64,000 nucleotides of DNA from Candidatus Bathyarchaeota archaeon (GCA_963760485.1 CAVXDP010000002.1:2362-66361); one strand, 5' to 3'. Positions 38,234 to 48,774 are shown, numbered from the stretch's first letter. Numbers and translations are program-made. Notes: generated by a model not told the origin, from the letters alone.

Positions 38234-39300
38234 AAGAATTCTGGGTTCGAATCGCAAAGAACTTACCGCTTGAGAAAAAGAAAGAAGTACTCAAGAAGGC
38301 TGCAACAATATGTGACGTAGTTTTCGTGTCAGACGACGACATAGATTTGGCTCGTGAGATGAACGCGCCCAAGATTGCAAGCCCATCAAAGGGCGACATC
38401 AAGATTTTTACTGTTACTGATCTGGACAGTATTCGAACCCTAAAACTTCATGAAGGAGTTACTGGAGTCGAAGTTACAGTTCTAAATGCTGATGATGAGC
38501 GTATTGTGCTGGCGGCTGCGGAAGCGGGAGCCAAATACGTTCTCATAAAGTGTCCAAACTGGAAAGTTATTCCACTAGAGAATGTTATCGCTAGAGCCCA
38601 TGGAAAGATTAGACTCATAGCTGAGGTATCAGACGCAGAAGAGGCTAAGACTGCTCTTGAGACGCTGGAGATTGGGGTAGATGGGATCCTCCTACAAGCA
38701 GAAGAGTCAAAGTCAATCAGTGAAATAGCAAACATCACGAAAACCCTAGAGAACACTTTCACCTTGACCGAGGCGAAAGTAACCAACATAAAACCTTTGG
38801 GAACAGGAGCCAGAGTCTGCGTCGACACAACCGAACTCATGAAACATGGTGAAGGCATGCTGGTCGGGTGCCAATCACTGGGACTTTTCCTGGCTCAAGC
38901 TGAAGTTGAAGTCAATCCACACGTTGAAACACGCCCATTCAGGGTCAACGCCGGCCCAGTCTCATGTTACGTCCTAACACCAGGAAACAAGACGAAGTAT
39001 CTTTCAGATTTGAAAGCAGGTGAAGAAGTTCTCATAGTCGACCGCATGGGCAGAACCAGAACTGGAAATGTTGGTAGAATAAAAATCGAGTCCAGACCCA
39101 TGCTTCTGATTGAAGCTGAAGCAAAGGGAGTCAAAATAAAGACCGTAACACAAAACGCTGAAACTATTCGATTGGTCACGCGAGCAGGCTCCATTTCAGT
39201 TTCTCAACTCAAAGTCGGAGACACAGTACTCGCTAGACTCGAAGAAGGAGGACGCCATTTTGGAACACTTGTCAAAGGCGAGATGGTGATCGAAAGGTGA
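38230..39300 (+). CDS. aroB': 3-dehydroquinate synthase II (archaeal type)
   Basis: N-terminus KEFWVRI.., about 356 aa, directly downstream of the ADH synthase as in other archaea. Start overlaps the upstream stop. Confidence 0.85.
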   Translation: MKEFWVRIAKNLPLEKKKEVLKKAATICDVVFVSDDDIDLAREMNAPKIASPSKGDIKIFTVTDLDSIRTLKLHEGVTGVEVTVLNADDERIVLAAAEAGAKYVLIKCPNWKVIPLENVIARAHGKIRLIAEVSDAEEAKTALETLEIGVDGILLQAEESKSISEIANITKTLENTFTLTEAKVTNIKPLGTGARVCVDTTELMKHGEGMLVGCQSLGLFLAQAEVEVNPHVETRPFRVNAGPVSCYVLTPGNKTKYLSDLKAGEEVLIVDRMGRTRTGNVGRIKIESRPMLLIEAEAKGVKIKTVTQNAETIRLVTRAGSISVSQLKVGDTVLARLEEGGRHFGTLVKGEMVIER

Positions 39301-39977
39301 CACCAAGCGTCTGCGCATCTATCGCCGCCTCAACCGTTCAAAAGACTATGCGTTTGCTCAAGAAAGCGGAAAAGAACAATGCCAACTTGATTGAGTTTAG
39401 ACTCGATCACCTGGAAAAGAACTACAGAATAAGCGACTTGATTTCTTCAACAAGACTCCCTAGGATTGCAACCAACCGCAGTGCAAACGAAGGGGGAAAA
39501 TTCCGAGGCGAAGAAACAAATCGAGTTCAATCTCTTCTTCAGGCCGCTGAAGCAGGATGCGAATTTGTGGACTTGGAACTTGCAATGGAAAACGTTGGGA
39601 GCATAATCCGAAAGGCGAAGAGGCTTGGCGTACAAGTAATCATATCATATCATGATTTTCAACGTACGCCAGACCTTCAAGAACTCCGAAGGATATTAGA
39701 GAAACAGATGAATCTGGGAGCGGACATTTGCAAGATAGTTTCAACAGCAAAGGAGCAATCTGATAATCTGAGAATACTTGAATTTGTTTTCAATGCCAGC
39801 AGGAAAACAAAGGTTGTCTCATTCGCTATGGGGAAGCTGGGAGTAGTTTCACGCGTGCTTTCACCGATCTACGGTGCATCCTTCACGTTTGCGTCAGTTG
39901 AGCGAGGTGCTGAGTCTGCTGCAGGGCAACTGACTCTGGACGAGATCAAGAACGCCTACAGATCGATGAGGCTATAG
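39297..39977 (+). CDS. aroD: 3-dehydroquinate dehydratase, type I
   Basis: LIEFRLDHL, IISYHDF, CKIVSTA and SFAMG. Confidence 0.85.
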   Translation: MTPSVCASIAASTVQKTMRLLKKAEKNNANLIEFRLDHLEKNYRISDLISSTRLPRIATNRSANEGGKFRGEETNRVQSLLQAAEAGCEFVDLELAMENVGSIIRKAKRLGVQVIISYHDFQRTPDLQELRRILEKQMNLGADICKIVSTAKEQSDNLRILEFVFNASRKTKVVSFAMGKLGVVSRVLSPIYGASFTFASVERGAESAAGQLTLDEIKNAYRSMRL

Positions 39978-39980
39978 TTT

Positions 39981-40850
39981 TTGGATCTCTCAAGCAGGAC
40001 GAAGCTCTGTGGGGTCATAGGAGATCCCATTGAACACTCTCTAAGTCCCAAGATGTTCAACGCAGCTTTCAGAGCTAACGACCTAGATTTCACCTATGTT
40101 GCGATGAATGTTAAGAAAAACGGACTCGCCAAAGCGATCGAGGGAATGAAGGCTCTTAACATACACGGACTGAATGTCACCATACCGCACAAGGTTAAGG
40201 TAGTAGGATACTTAGATCGCGTCGACCCTGATGCGAAGATGATCGGAGCTGTGAACACGATTCTTAATGCCAATGGCAAACTGGAAGGGTTCAACACTGA
40301 TGGAACCGGAGCAGTACGTGCAATCGAAGAAAGTGGGACATCACTAGAAGGAAGAAACGTGGTACTTATTGGAAGTGGTGGAGCAGCGAGAGCGATTGCT
40401 TTCACATTCTCAAATAGAGTTGGCAAACTAACCATTCTGAACAGACACGTGCACAAGTCCGAGAAGCTCGCTACTGAGTTGACCAAAAAAACGGGAAGGA
40501 AAGTATACTTCGAAGGCTTAAGGAAAGAAGCATTGGAACGCGCCATCTCGGAGGCTGATATGCTAGTTAACGCTACGTCAGTCGGAATGTCTCCGAACTG
40601 TGATGCCTCAATCCTAGATGGTTCACTGCTCAGACGTGATCTGGTTGTCTTCGACATAGTCTACAATCCACCCGAAACCAAGCTGCTGAAAGAAGCCACA
40701 AGTATTGGAGCAAAGGCCGTGAACGGCATTGGTATGCTCGTTCACCAAGGGGGTGAAGCCTTTAGAATTTGGACTAGTAAAGAGGCTCCAGTGAGACTTA
40801 TGCGTGAAGTTGTTACGGAAGAATTGTCGAGATTGAGTGGAAAAACATGA
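39981..40850 (+). CDS. aroE: shikimate dehydrogenase
   Basis: GVIGDPIEHSLSPKMFNAAF, LNVTIPHK, NTDGTG and GSGGAARA. Confidence 0.9.
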   Translation: MDLSSRTKLCGVIGDPIEHSLSPKMFNAAFRANDLDFTYVAMNVKKNGLAKAIEGMKALNIHGLNVTIPHKVKVVGYLDRVDPDAKMIGAVNTILNANGKLEGFNTDGTGAVRAIEESGTSLEGRNVVLIGSGGAARAIAFTFSNRVGKLTILNRHVHKSEKLATELTKKTGRKVYFEGLRKEALERAISEADMLVNATSVGMSPNCDASILDGSLLRRDLVVFDIVYNPPETKLLKEATSIGAKAVNGIGMLVHQGGEAFRIWTSKEAPVRLMREVVTEELSRLSGKT

Positions 40851-41713
40851 AAGCTGCAGCGGTGGCGCACGGAGCCGTTACTGTTGTCAACGCGATATCT
40901 ACAGGTAAAGGAGCGGCGCTCGGCATTGATCTCTGGACATCTGCAAGCGTAGCTCTGAACGATGACCCAGGAAGTGTGGAGGTGCGGATCAAACCAGATC
41001 CGAGCGAAAATCCTGAACTTGCCCGCAAGGTGGTTGGAAGAATCCTTCGGAGATTCGGGAAGGAAGAGGAGTACGGCGCCAAAGTCCAGGTTGATTCGAA
41101 CATTCCAATTGCACGTGGACTAAAGAGCAGTAGCGCAGCCGCAAATGCAATAGCTTTGGCGACCGTTGGTGCCCTCGACAAAAGACTTCCTGAACTTGAA
41201 ATAGTGAAACTTGGTGTCAGAGCGGCGATCGAAGCAGGTGTTACCATTACCGGTGCATTCGACGATGCGTGCGCATCGTATTTTGGAAACATTCTTGTAA
41301 CTGACAACAAGAAACTGAAGATCGAAAAAGCCTACGACATAAAGAGACACTACGAAGTCCTAGTTCATGTTCCTGAATCGAAGAGCTACACAGCTGACTC
41401 GAACATTGAGAGAATGATGGAAATCGCTCCACTGATCCAAGTAGCACATCAGCAGGCACTTAGGGGGAATTACTGGGATGCCATGTGCATCAACGGCTAC
41501 GCACATTCAATCGCGCTCAGTTACGATCCGAGTATTGCAATGAAGGCTCTTTCCGCTGGCGCTATTGCCTCTGGACTTTCTGGCAAAGGTCCTGCAGTCG
41601 CAGCTGTTGTTCCATCTAGCAAAGTCGATTCCGTAAAGGCGATTTGGGCGCAATATCCTGGAAGACTATTGCTCGCTACTGTGAACAGGAAGAAGGCACA
41701 CATAATGGAATGA
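40847..41713 (+). CDS. aroK: shikimate kinase, archaeal GHMP-kinase type
   Basis: GHMP motif PIARGLKSSSAAANA. Sits between aroE and aroA. Confidence 0.85.
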   Translation: MKAAAVAHGAVTVVNAISTGKGAALGIDLWTSASVALNDDPGSVEVRIKPDPSENPELARKVVGRILRRFGKEEEYGAKVQVDSNIPIARGLKSSSAAANAIALATVGALDKRLPELEIVKLGVRAAIEAGVTITGAFDDACASYFGNILVTDNKKLKIEKAYDIKRHYEVLVHVPESKSYTADSNIERMMEIAPLIQVAHQQALRGNYWDAMCINGYAHSIALSYDPSIAMKALSAGAIASGLSGKGPAVAAVVPSSKVDSVKAIWAQYPGRLLLATVNRKKAHIME

Positions 41714-41719
41714 ACATGC

Positions 41720-43006
41720 TTGAGCGACATCATTATCGATCCAAGCCTTGAACTTAATGGAGTGATCAAAGCTCCACCTTCGAAAGCCTACACACATCGA
41801 TCGCTCGTAGCCGCTGCTCTCTCGGATGGTCGCTCCCAGATACTCGAACCTTTGACTAGCGACGATTCAGAAGCAACATTGGGTGCTGTGCAAGCATACG
41901 GGGCTCTTGTGGAACGTAGTGAGAATGTCTGGACCATAACTGGGCGATCAATGCTTTTGGCTCCAAAGGATATTGTTGATTGTGGCGAGTCGGGCACTAC
42001 AATTCGGTTCATGACTCCAGTTGCAGCCCTGGCTCGAGGAATTTCAATCCTAACCGGAAAGCCTCAGCTTCTGAAGAGGCCCGTGGGTCCCCTACTTCAA
42101 GCCATGAGAGAATTAGGGGTAACCTGCTATACGTCTCGAGGAGGCGGGTACCCTCCGGTCATAGTATTCGGTGGAAGAATTCATGGAAGAAGAGCATCGT
42201 TGCGAGGAGACATCAGTTCGCAGTATGTATCGGGTTTGCTGTTTGCAGCGCCAAAGGCCGTAAATGATGTTCTAATTCGCGTCACTACACCACTCGAATC
42301 ACGCCACTATGTCGACATGACAACCGATGTTCTGAAAAAGCACGGCATAGAAGTGGAGACAAGCCACGATTCGCGAGAATTTCACATTCCAGGGAATCAG
42401 ACATACAAGCCGAAGGATCACATGATTCCAGGAGACTACTCTTCGGCGGCCTTCGTTTTGGCGGGAGCCGTGATTACTGGATCAAAGGTCATTGTTAGAA
42501 ACCTTCAAAGACGATCCCTCCAAGGGGACAAGGTCATCATCGAGATACTCTCAAAGATGGGTGCGGACGTCCATGTTTCGGAAGATAGGGTTGAAGCTTC
42601 AGGAGAAGAGCTTACAGGTTTGGAAGTTGACGCGGACCAGATGCCGGATCTGGTACCTGTTATTGCAGTTCTTGGATGCTACGCTAGAGGTAAGACAGTT
42701 ATCAATAGGGCTGGTAGACTTAGAATCAAGGAATCAGACAGATTGTCTACTTTGGCATCTGAACTTGGAAAGATGGGGGCTTCCATCCGAGTTGTCAATA
42801 GCACGTTAATCGTGAATGGTGAATCACCCCTTAGGGGTACCATCATAAATTCCCACGGTGACCATAGAATAGCAATGGCCTGCTCAATTGCGGCTCTGGG
42901 CGCTAAAGGAAGCACTGTGATCAACGATGCGGAATGTGTCAGGAAGTCTTACCCAACCTTCTACGAAGATTTGGTGAAGATGGGAGTGAAAGTTCGTGGC
43001 AGGTAA
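41720..43006 (+). CDS. aroA: 3-phosphoshikimate 1-carboxyvinyltransferase (EPSP synthase)
   Basis: PPSKAYTHR, CGESGTTIRF, KESDRL and HGDHRIAMA. Confidence 0.9.
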   Translation: MSDIIIDPSLELNGVIKAPPSKAYTHRSLVAAALSDGRSQILEPLTSDDSEATLGAVQAYGALVERSENVWTITGRSMLLAPKDIVDCGESGTTIRFMTPVAALARGISILTGKPQLLKRPVGPLLQAMRELGVTCYTSRGGGYPPVIVFGGRIHGRRASLRGDISSQYVSGLLFAAPKAVNDVLIRVTTPLESRHYVDMTTDVLKKHGIEVETSHDSREFHIPGNQTYKPKDHMIPGDYSSAAFVLAGAVITGSKVIVRNLQRRSLQGDKVIIEILSKMGADVHVSEDRVEASGEELTGLEVDADQMPDLVPVIAVLGCYARGKTVINRAGRLRIKESDRLSTLASELGKMGASIRVVNSTLIVNGESPLRGTIINSHGDHRIAMACSIAALGAKGSTVINDAECVRKSYPTFYEDLVKMGVKVRGR

Positions 43007-44105
43007 CACCATAGGAAGAGAATTTTCCATCACATACTTCGGTGAAAGTCACGGAAGGTGCGTAGGAGTCGTCGTAGATGGGTGCCCTGCAGGCCTACCG
43101 ATTTCAAATGATGATATCCAAGAGGATTTGGATAGAAGGGTACCTCGTAAGACCGGCGTGGTCTCATCCCGAGTCGAACAGGACAGAGTGGACATCGTCT
43201 CAGGCGTCTTCGAAGGGTACACTTCGGGCGCTCCGATCTGCATGCTCATCTGGAACAAGGACATTGATGATTCTCCATACATTGAGATGAGATGGAAACC
43301 TAGACCCGGACATGCAGACTATCCAGCTTCGCAGAAATATGGAGGATTCAATGATTTTCGCGGTGGGGGAATCTTCTCAGGTAGATCAACCGTTTCACTT
43401 GTGCTGGCTGGTGCATTAGCTCGGAGGCTTCTTGAAAGGGTAGGAGTGGAAGTGCTTGCCCACGCGATTGAGATCGCTGGAATAAGGGTAGATCCGACTC
43501 CATCACGTGACGATATTCAGAAGCTCACCTATGATAACCCTGTGAGGTGCGCCAGTCCAACGGTAGCAAGAAGAATGGAAACCGCCATCATTGAAACCAC
43601 TAGTCAGGGAGATAGTGTTGGGGGCATCGTAGAAGGCCTTGCACTAAACTTACCGGCGGGAATTGGAGAACCCCTGTACGATTCTCTAGACGCTGAATTA
43701 GCAAAGCTATTGTTTGACATACCTGGGGTCAAGGGTGTCGAGTTCGGTATGGGAGTGGAGTCTGCTCGACTGAAAGGCTCATCGAGCAATGACGAATACG
43801 TTGTTCAATCGGGAAGAATAATGAGTCATACGAACAGAGCTGGTGGAATAGTGGGTGGCCTATCAACCGGCCAACCCGTCAAGGTACATGTTGCTTTCAA
43901 ACCAACATCATCGATACCTAGGGTTCAGAAGACAGTCAACATAGCGCGAATGAAGGATGAACCCATCGTAGTGAAAGGAAGACATGACCCATGCATTGTC
44001 CCGAAAGCGGTTCCAGTTGTTGAAGCAGTCATTTCCATTGTGTTGGCAGACCATCTCATAAGAGCTGAGATAATTCCCAAAGTTTTTGGAATAAAGAAAA
44101 CATGA
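42996..44105 (+). CDS. aroC: chorismate synthase
   Basis: FGESHGRCVGVVVDGCPAG, RPGHADY and GRHDPCIVP. Confidence 0.9.
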   Translation: MAGNTIGREFSITYFGESHGRCVGVVVDGCPAGLPISNDDIQEDLDRRVPRKTGVVSSRVEQDRVDIVSGVFEGYTSGAPICMLIWNKDIDDSPYIEMRWKPRPGHADYPASQKYGGFNDFRGGGIFSGRSTVSLVLAGALARRLLERVGVEVLAHAIEIAGIRVDPTPSRDDIQKLTYDNPVRCASPTVARRMETAIIETTSQGDSVGGIVEGLALNLPAGIGEPLYDSLDAELAKLLFDIPGVKGVEFGMGVESARLKGSSSNDEYVVQSGRIMSHTNRAGGIVGGLSTGQPVKVHVAFKPTSSIPRVQKTVNIARMKDEPIVVKGRHDPCIVPKAVPVVEAVISIVLADHLIRAEIIPKVFGIKKT

Positions 44106-45181
44106 ATCAGCTTAAGGGGTTGCGAGATCGAATCGACGAACTAGACAACTCAATAGTGAAACTTCTCAATGAACGCCTCGAAGTTTCGCGAAGAATTGGC
44201 GTCATAAAGAAGAAAGCCAAGATGGACATCTACGATCCTCGCAGAGAGAAAGAAATCCTCTCGAGAATCGTCGGACTCGGTTCAAAGTTTGGTATGAGAG
44301 AAGAAGATCTGCGAGAAACCTATGAGAAAATACTCTTCATGAGCAAGAATATGCAGGAAGAGCCAAAGAAGATAGCCTTCCTTGGCCCCCGTGGAACTTT
44401 CTGCGAACAGGCATCCAGAACCTTCTTCAGAAGTGCTCCTTTCAAATTCAGTGAGCACCCTACAATAACGGATGTCTTTAGAGCAGTGAATGTTGGTGAA
44501 GCCGACTATGGTGTCACACCTATTGAGAACTCAACAGAGGGATCTGTGAACGTTGCACTTGATCTGCTTCTAACTTCGGACCTTGAAGTCTGTGGTGAGA
44601 TCGAACAGAGAATACGACACAACTTGATCACAAGGCCTGGAACAAACTGGCATAGTGTGAAAACAGTCGTCTCTCATCCGCAAGCTCTGGCTCAATGCCG
44701 AAAGTTTCTGGAAGAGAACCTTCCAATGGCAAGGATGAAAGAGGTGAGCAGCACCTCAGCAGCCGTGAATATTGCGAAGAATTCCAAGAATACAGTGGCC
44801 ATTGGAACCAAACTAGCAGCTAAGATTAATGGCATGAAGATTGCAGCATGTGGAATCGAAGATAACCCAAGGAATTTCACTCGGTTCTTCGTTCTGGGCC
44901 GTGAAGATACGAATCCTGCGGGTGAGGATAAGACATCGATAATCTTCTCCGTGAAGCACGTTCCAGGCGCATTATTCGACGCTCTTCAAGTATTTGCCAA
45001 GAGAAACTTGAATCTGACAAAGATAGAGTCACGTCCAGCAAGAAGAGTTCCATGGGAATATGTATTCTATTGTGATTTTGAGGGACATAGAAAAGAAGAG
45101 AAATGCCAAACAGCTCTAAGAGATCTGGAGTCAAAATGCATCTTTCTAAAAGTCCTCGGGTCCTATCCAAAAGCACGATAG
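44102..45181 (+). CDS. pheA: bifunctional chorismate mutase / prephenate dehydratase
   Basis: CM helix LRDRIDELDNSIVKLLNERLEVSRRIG. PDT segment IAFLGPRGTFCEQA..TPIENSTEGSV. ACT segment TSIIFSVKHVPGALFDAL..NLTKIESRP. Confidence 0.9.
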   Translation: MNQLKGLRDRIDELDNSIVKLLNERLEVSRRIGVIKKKAKMDIYDPRREKEILSRIVGLGSKFGMREEDLRETYEKILFMSKNMQEEPKKIAFLGPRGTFCEQASRTFFRSAPFKFSEHPTITDVFRAVNVGEADYGVTPIENSTEGSVNVALDLLLTSDLEVCGEIEQRIRHNLITRPGTNWHSVKTVVSHPQALAQCRKFLEENLPMARMKEVSSTSAAVNIAKNSKNTVAIGTKLAAKINGMKIAACGIEDNPRNFTRFFVLGREDTNPAGEDKTSIIFSVKHVPGALFDALQVFAKRNLNLTKIESRPARRVPWEYVFYCDFEGHRKEEKCQTALRDLESKCIFLKVLGSYPKAR

Positions 45182-45969
45182 CGGTCGTCGGCGGAACGGG
45201 CCGTATGGGAAGGACCCTCGTCAGAATGCTCCAATCGAGTGGAGCAAAGATCGTTGTGTGCAGTCGGAACCCCGAGAAAGCAACTCGTCTCTTCGATGTC
45301 GAAACGAGAAAGATAGGTGATGTTCAAGACGCTGATATCGTTGTCGTTTCAGTTCCTATCGACAATACGGTTACAACTTGCAGACAACTATTGAAGAGAA
45401 TGAAGCCTCAATCACTGCTAGTTGACGCTACATCGGTGAAGAAAGGAATCGTCGACGCTATCGACAAATGTGTTCCGCACAATATTGAGTATCTGAGCAT
45501 TCACCCGCTTTTTGGCCCCGACGTCCAAGATTTCAGGGAAGAGAATGTCTTGGCCATTGCTCGAAGAGCTGGACCATTAACAAGGTCAATGCTGAGATTC
45601 TTCTCAAAATGTGGCATGACAACAACACACGTGACAATTGACGAGCATGACCGGAAGACAGCCGTGACACAAGCGCTACACCACTATGCATACGCTTCAC
45701 TGGCTGTATGCATGAACAAATTGATGAACAGGAAGGATTTCTGCAGATTCTCTACGAGAACTTTGAGAAAGACGATCAGATTGATACAGTGCTTTTCGGA
45801 GAATGCTGATACAATATTGGATATTCAGAGAAAGAATCCGTACGCAGCGTTCGCGAGAGAGAGTTTCGCAAAGACTGTTTCATCATTTTCGTACATGAAA
45901 AGTAAGAAGAACCGCCGAATTGCTAGCGTAATGAAAATGTTCCGAGAGCTACCTTGTGCCGAGGGCTAG
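45103..45969 (+). CDS. tyrA: prephenate dehydrogenase
   Basis: Rossmann motif IAVVGGTGRMG, plus DATSVK and HPLFGP. The true start is probably downstream of 45103, which would reduce the overlap with pheA. Confidence 0.8.
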   Translation: MPNSSKRSGVKMHLSKSPRVLSKSTIAVVGGTGRMGRTLVRMLQSSGAKIVVCSRNPEKATRLFDVETRKIGDVQDADIVVVSVPIDNTVTTCRQLLKRMKPQSLLVDATSVKKGIVDAIDKCVPHNIEYLSIHPLFGPDVQDFREENVLAIARRAGPLTRSMLRFFSKCGMTTTHVTIDEHDRKTAVTQALHHYAYASLAVCMNKLMNRKDFCRFSTRTLRKTIRLIQCFSENADTILDIQRKNPYAAFARESFAKTVSSFSYMKSKKNRRIASVMKMFRELPCAEG

Positions 45970-46038
45970 GCCACTAGGTTGGCCGCTCTCTATTCTTTCC
46001 TGTTGGAGGACGTGTGAGGCGATTCGACTATGCTGTCG

Positions 46039-46188
46039 CTACCTGGACATCTTCTTACCTATCTTGGTTAAACTTCTACCGAGCTTTCTTTTTGCTTTCC
46101 CAGCTCTTTTTCGTAGTCCTCGTCTTACTTTCGTCTTAAGTTTGGGTTTCGCTCGTCGCGTCTTCGTGAGTCTTCTACGCTTTGCCAT
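46039..46188 (-). CDS. 49-aa highly basic ORF, unassigned
   Basis: Below the ORF-track size cut-off. MAKRRRLTKTRRAKPKLKTKVRRGLRKRAGKAKRKLGRSLTKIGKKMSR. Same strand as the FAH gene and 71 nt downstream of it. Confidence 0.35.
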   Translation of the reverse strand: MAKRRRLTKTRRAKPKLKTKVRRGLRKRAGKAKRKLGRSLTKIGKKMSR

Positions 46189-46259
46189 GAACATAGAAGG
46201 GTGTTCTTAGGTCATAAGGCTTTTGATAGGATGAATTTGATGTTGAACAATGAAGAATG

Positions 46260-47057
46260 CTATGGTTCAGTTGAGACCATATTTTCTAGTGTTCCAATCT
46301 TATCTATCGTGACTTCAACTACGTCACCAGACCTAAGATACAGTGGAGGGTTTCGTCGAAAACCTACACCAGCTGGAGTTCCAGTCATGACAACCGTTCC
46401 GGGCAAGAGTGTCATGCAACGTGATAAATATGATACCACCGTCTCAACCGGAAATATCATATTGCTAGAATTTGAATCTTGGAGTAGGCGCTTGTTCACT
46501 CTGGTTTGAATTCTCACATTCGACGGATCGAGAGTTGTCTCTATGCAAGGTCCCAATGGGCAAAACGTGTCGAAGGACTTGGCCCTAGCCCATTGCATAT
46601 CCCTTTTGAACTGACAGTCTCTGGCGGTCACATCATTTCCACATGTCCAGCCAAAAACATAGTCCAGAGCTTCATTTTCAGTCAAGTTCCTAGCCTTTCT
46701 ACCCATAACGATTGTAAGTTCTCCTTCATAGTCAACTTCATTCGGAGCTAGTTTCGGTAGGAGAATTTTGTCTCTATGACCCAAGACACTAGTTGTGGCT
46801 TTAAGTAGCATCAAAGGCTCCTTGGGTACAAGCTGCTTTGTTTCTGTGGCATGAGCGTCATAGTTGATTCCCAAGGCTATTACGTTTGGAGGATCCACTG
46901 GAGGAAGGTACTTGTCGATCGTGGTTAGAGGAAGAATGTCGTCTGTTTCAGACAGCTTCCACAGCGCCTCTCCTTTGCACAATCTGATATCGTTGCCATT
47001 CACAATTCCATACGTGGGGATCTTCGTCTCAGGATGTAAAAAACGAATATACTTCAA
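46260..47057 (-). CDS. fumarylacetoacetate hydrolase (FAH) family protein
   Basis: DYEGELTIVMGR, NDVTARD and GTPAGVG. Confidence 0.85.
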   Translation of the reverse strand: MKYIRFLHPETKIPTYGIVNGNDIRLCKGEALWKLSETDDILPLTTIDKYLPPVDPPNVIALGINYDAHATETKQLVPKEPLMLLKATTSVLGHRDKILLPKLAPNEVDYEGELTIVMGRKARNLTENEALDYVFGWTCGNDVTARDCQFKRDMQWARAKSFDTFCPLGPCIETTLDPSNVRIQTRVNKRLLQDSNSSNMIFPVETVVSYLSRCMTLLPGTVVMTGTPAGVGFRRNPPLYLRSGDVVEVTIDKIGTLENMVSTEP

Positions 47058-47154
47058 AATCCAAACGCTTCCCCGTTTTCTACACTGTTGCTTGTTGGAT
47101 GGTGTGGCCCAATGTGAGAGTTTGCCTGCATAAAAAAGATTCTTGGGCTTGGAA

Positions 47155-48366
47155 TCAATGCTCGTGTCCGGCTTCTTCAGTTTTCCATATCTCTAGGTCT
47201 AGTTTCTTTCCCCAGAGCGGAGACAGCGATCTTAGTCGCGTCACCACATTCGGTATGACATTCAGTAAGTAGTCAACATCTTCTTTTGTGTTCTCGCGTC
47301 CCAGCGTTAACACCAACGATCCGTGGGCTTCAACTTCGTTAAGCCCTATTCCCATGAGTACATGTGACGGCTCAAGGGTCTTTGATGAACATGCAGAACC
47401 TGTGGCTGCGGATACTCCTTCTTCATCTAGGCGTAGTAGTAGAGATTCGCCCTCAATCCCACTGAATCTGAAGTGGGCGTTGTTTGGCAGCCTAGATTCT
47501 GGGTTGCCGTTCAAATATGATTCTGCAATGTTCGTCAAAACACCTTTGATTATGCTGTCGCGCAGCCTGATCAGGCGAGAAGAGTCGTCGCTCATTCTTT
47601 GCCTCGCAAGCTGCGCCGCTTTTCCAAATCCCACTATTTCGGGGGTGTTTTCAGATCCGGATCTCAACCCTGTCTCCTGTCCACCTCCGTGAATGATTGG
47701 TTCGATTCTTGTTCCTTGCCTCACATAGAGAGCGCCCATGCCCTTCGGGCCATACATGTCGTTGGATGATATAGTTAACAAGTTGATGTTTTCGTTTTGA
47801 ACATTCGTGAGAATCTGATGAATCGATGGGGTGGCGTCGACATGAAGTGGAACGTCGTGTTCCTTGGCTATTTTTCCAATCTCCTTGATTGGTTGAATGG
47901 TTCCGATCTCTCCATTGGCGTGTGCCAAGGTTATGAGGATAGTATTCTTTCCTATTTCGGCTTCAACCCTCTTTGGGTCGACTATCCCGTATCTGTTTAC
48001 GGGAAGATGGCTGATTTTGAAGCCGTCTTTTGTCAGATCTTTGCAGATATTGATGTTCGATATGTGTTCAATTGAAGTGGTTATGATGTGGTTACCCTTT
48101 TCTCGGTTTCTGTAAGCAACACCCTTGATTGCGAGATTGTTGCTTTCGGTTCCTCCGGAGGTGAAGTATATTTCGGAGCTCTTGGCACCGACGAGTTCTG
48201 CTACTTTTTCTCTGGCTTCCATGATTGCCCTCCGAGGTTCTGCCCCTTTGGAATGCAATGATGAGGGATTTCCAAATTTGTCTCTATAGTACGGGGTCAT
48301 GGCATCGATAACTTGAGGATCGACAGGTGATGCTGCAGCATAATCCATGTATACTCTAGAAACCAA
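47155..48366 (-). CDS. cysteine desulfurase (NifS/IscS class V aminotransferase)
   Basis: MDYAAASPVDPQV, FTSGGTESNN, PLP-Lys context SSNDMYGPKG, active-site loop SAATGSACSS. Confidence 0.9.
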   Translation of the reverse strand: MVSRVYMDYAAASPVDPQVIDAMTPYYRDKFGNPSSLHSKGAEPRRAIMEAREKVAELVGAKSSEIYFTSGGTESNNLAIKGVAYRNREKGNHIITTSIEHISNINICKDLTKDGFKISHLPVNRYGIVDPKRVEAEIGKNTILITLAHANGEIGTIQPIKEIGKIAKEHDVPLHVDATPSIHQILTNVQNENINLLTISSNDMYGPKGMGALYVRQGTRIEPIIHGGGQETGLRSGSENTPEIVGFGKAAQLARQRMSDDSSRLIRLRDSIIKGVLTNIAESYLNGNPESRLPNNAHFRFSGIEGESLLLRLDEEGVSAATGSACSSKTLEPSHVLMGIGLNEVEAHGSLVLTLGRENTKEDVDYLLNVIPNVVTRLRSLSPLWGKKLDLEIWKTEEAGHEH

Positions 48367-48390
48367 ATCCAGACACGTCTCTAACCCTGA

Positions 48391-48774
48391 TTAGAACCAC
48401 ATAACGCCGTCCGCGTCTAATACTAGATCATTCAAGGTTGCGGCTCCTACGATCTTTGCGTGTTCCACAAAGTCTCCACGCTTCAGATTCAGGAGCTGCG
48501 TACTCTGCTCGCATACCATCAATTTGACACCCGCATTGACTGCTTGATTCATCACATCACTCAGTTTGGGAAAGGCTCCCACCTGAACCTTCTCCGCCTC
48601 GCCTCTTTTGATCACTGTTATTCCCATGCCGAGGAAGTATATTGTTGCATCCAAGTTCATGGCCACGGCAGTCTGAGCAAGGACAAACGGAGAATACAAC
48701 CTTTCGGGGGTGTCCACGCCACTCGTCTGAACATACAATATCTTCTTTTTTTCACTCATCACGGTAGCCTCCAA
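48391..48774 (-). CDS. DsrE/DsrF-family sulfur-relay protein
   Basis: 127 aa with a DsrE-like layout (KILYVQTSG.., conserved Cys in LMVCEQS). Confidence 0.7.
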   Translation of the reverse strand: MEATVMSEKKKILYVQTSGVDTPERLYSPFVLAQTAVAMNLDATIYFLGMGITVIKRGEAEKVQVGAFPKLSDVMNQAVNAGVKLMVCEQSTQLLNLKRGDFVEHAKIVGAATLNDLVLDADGVMWF

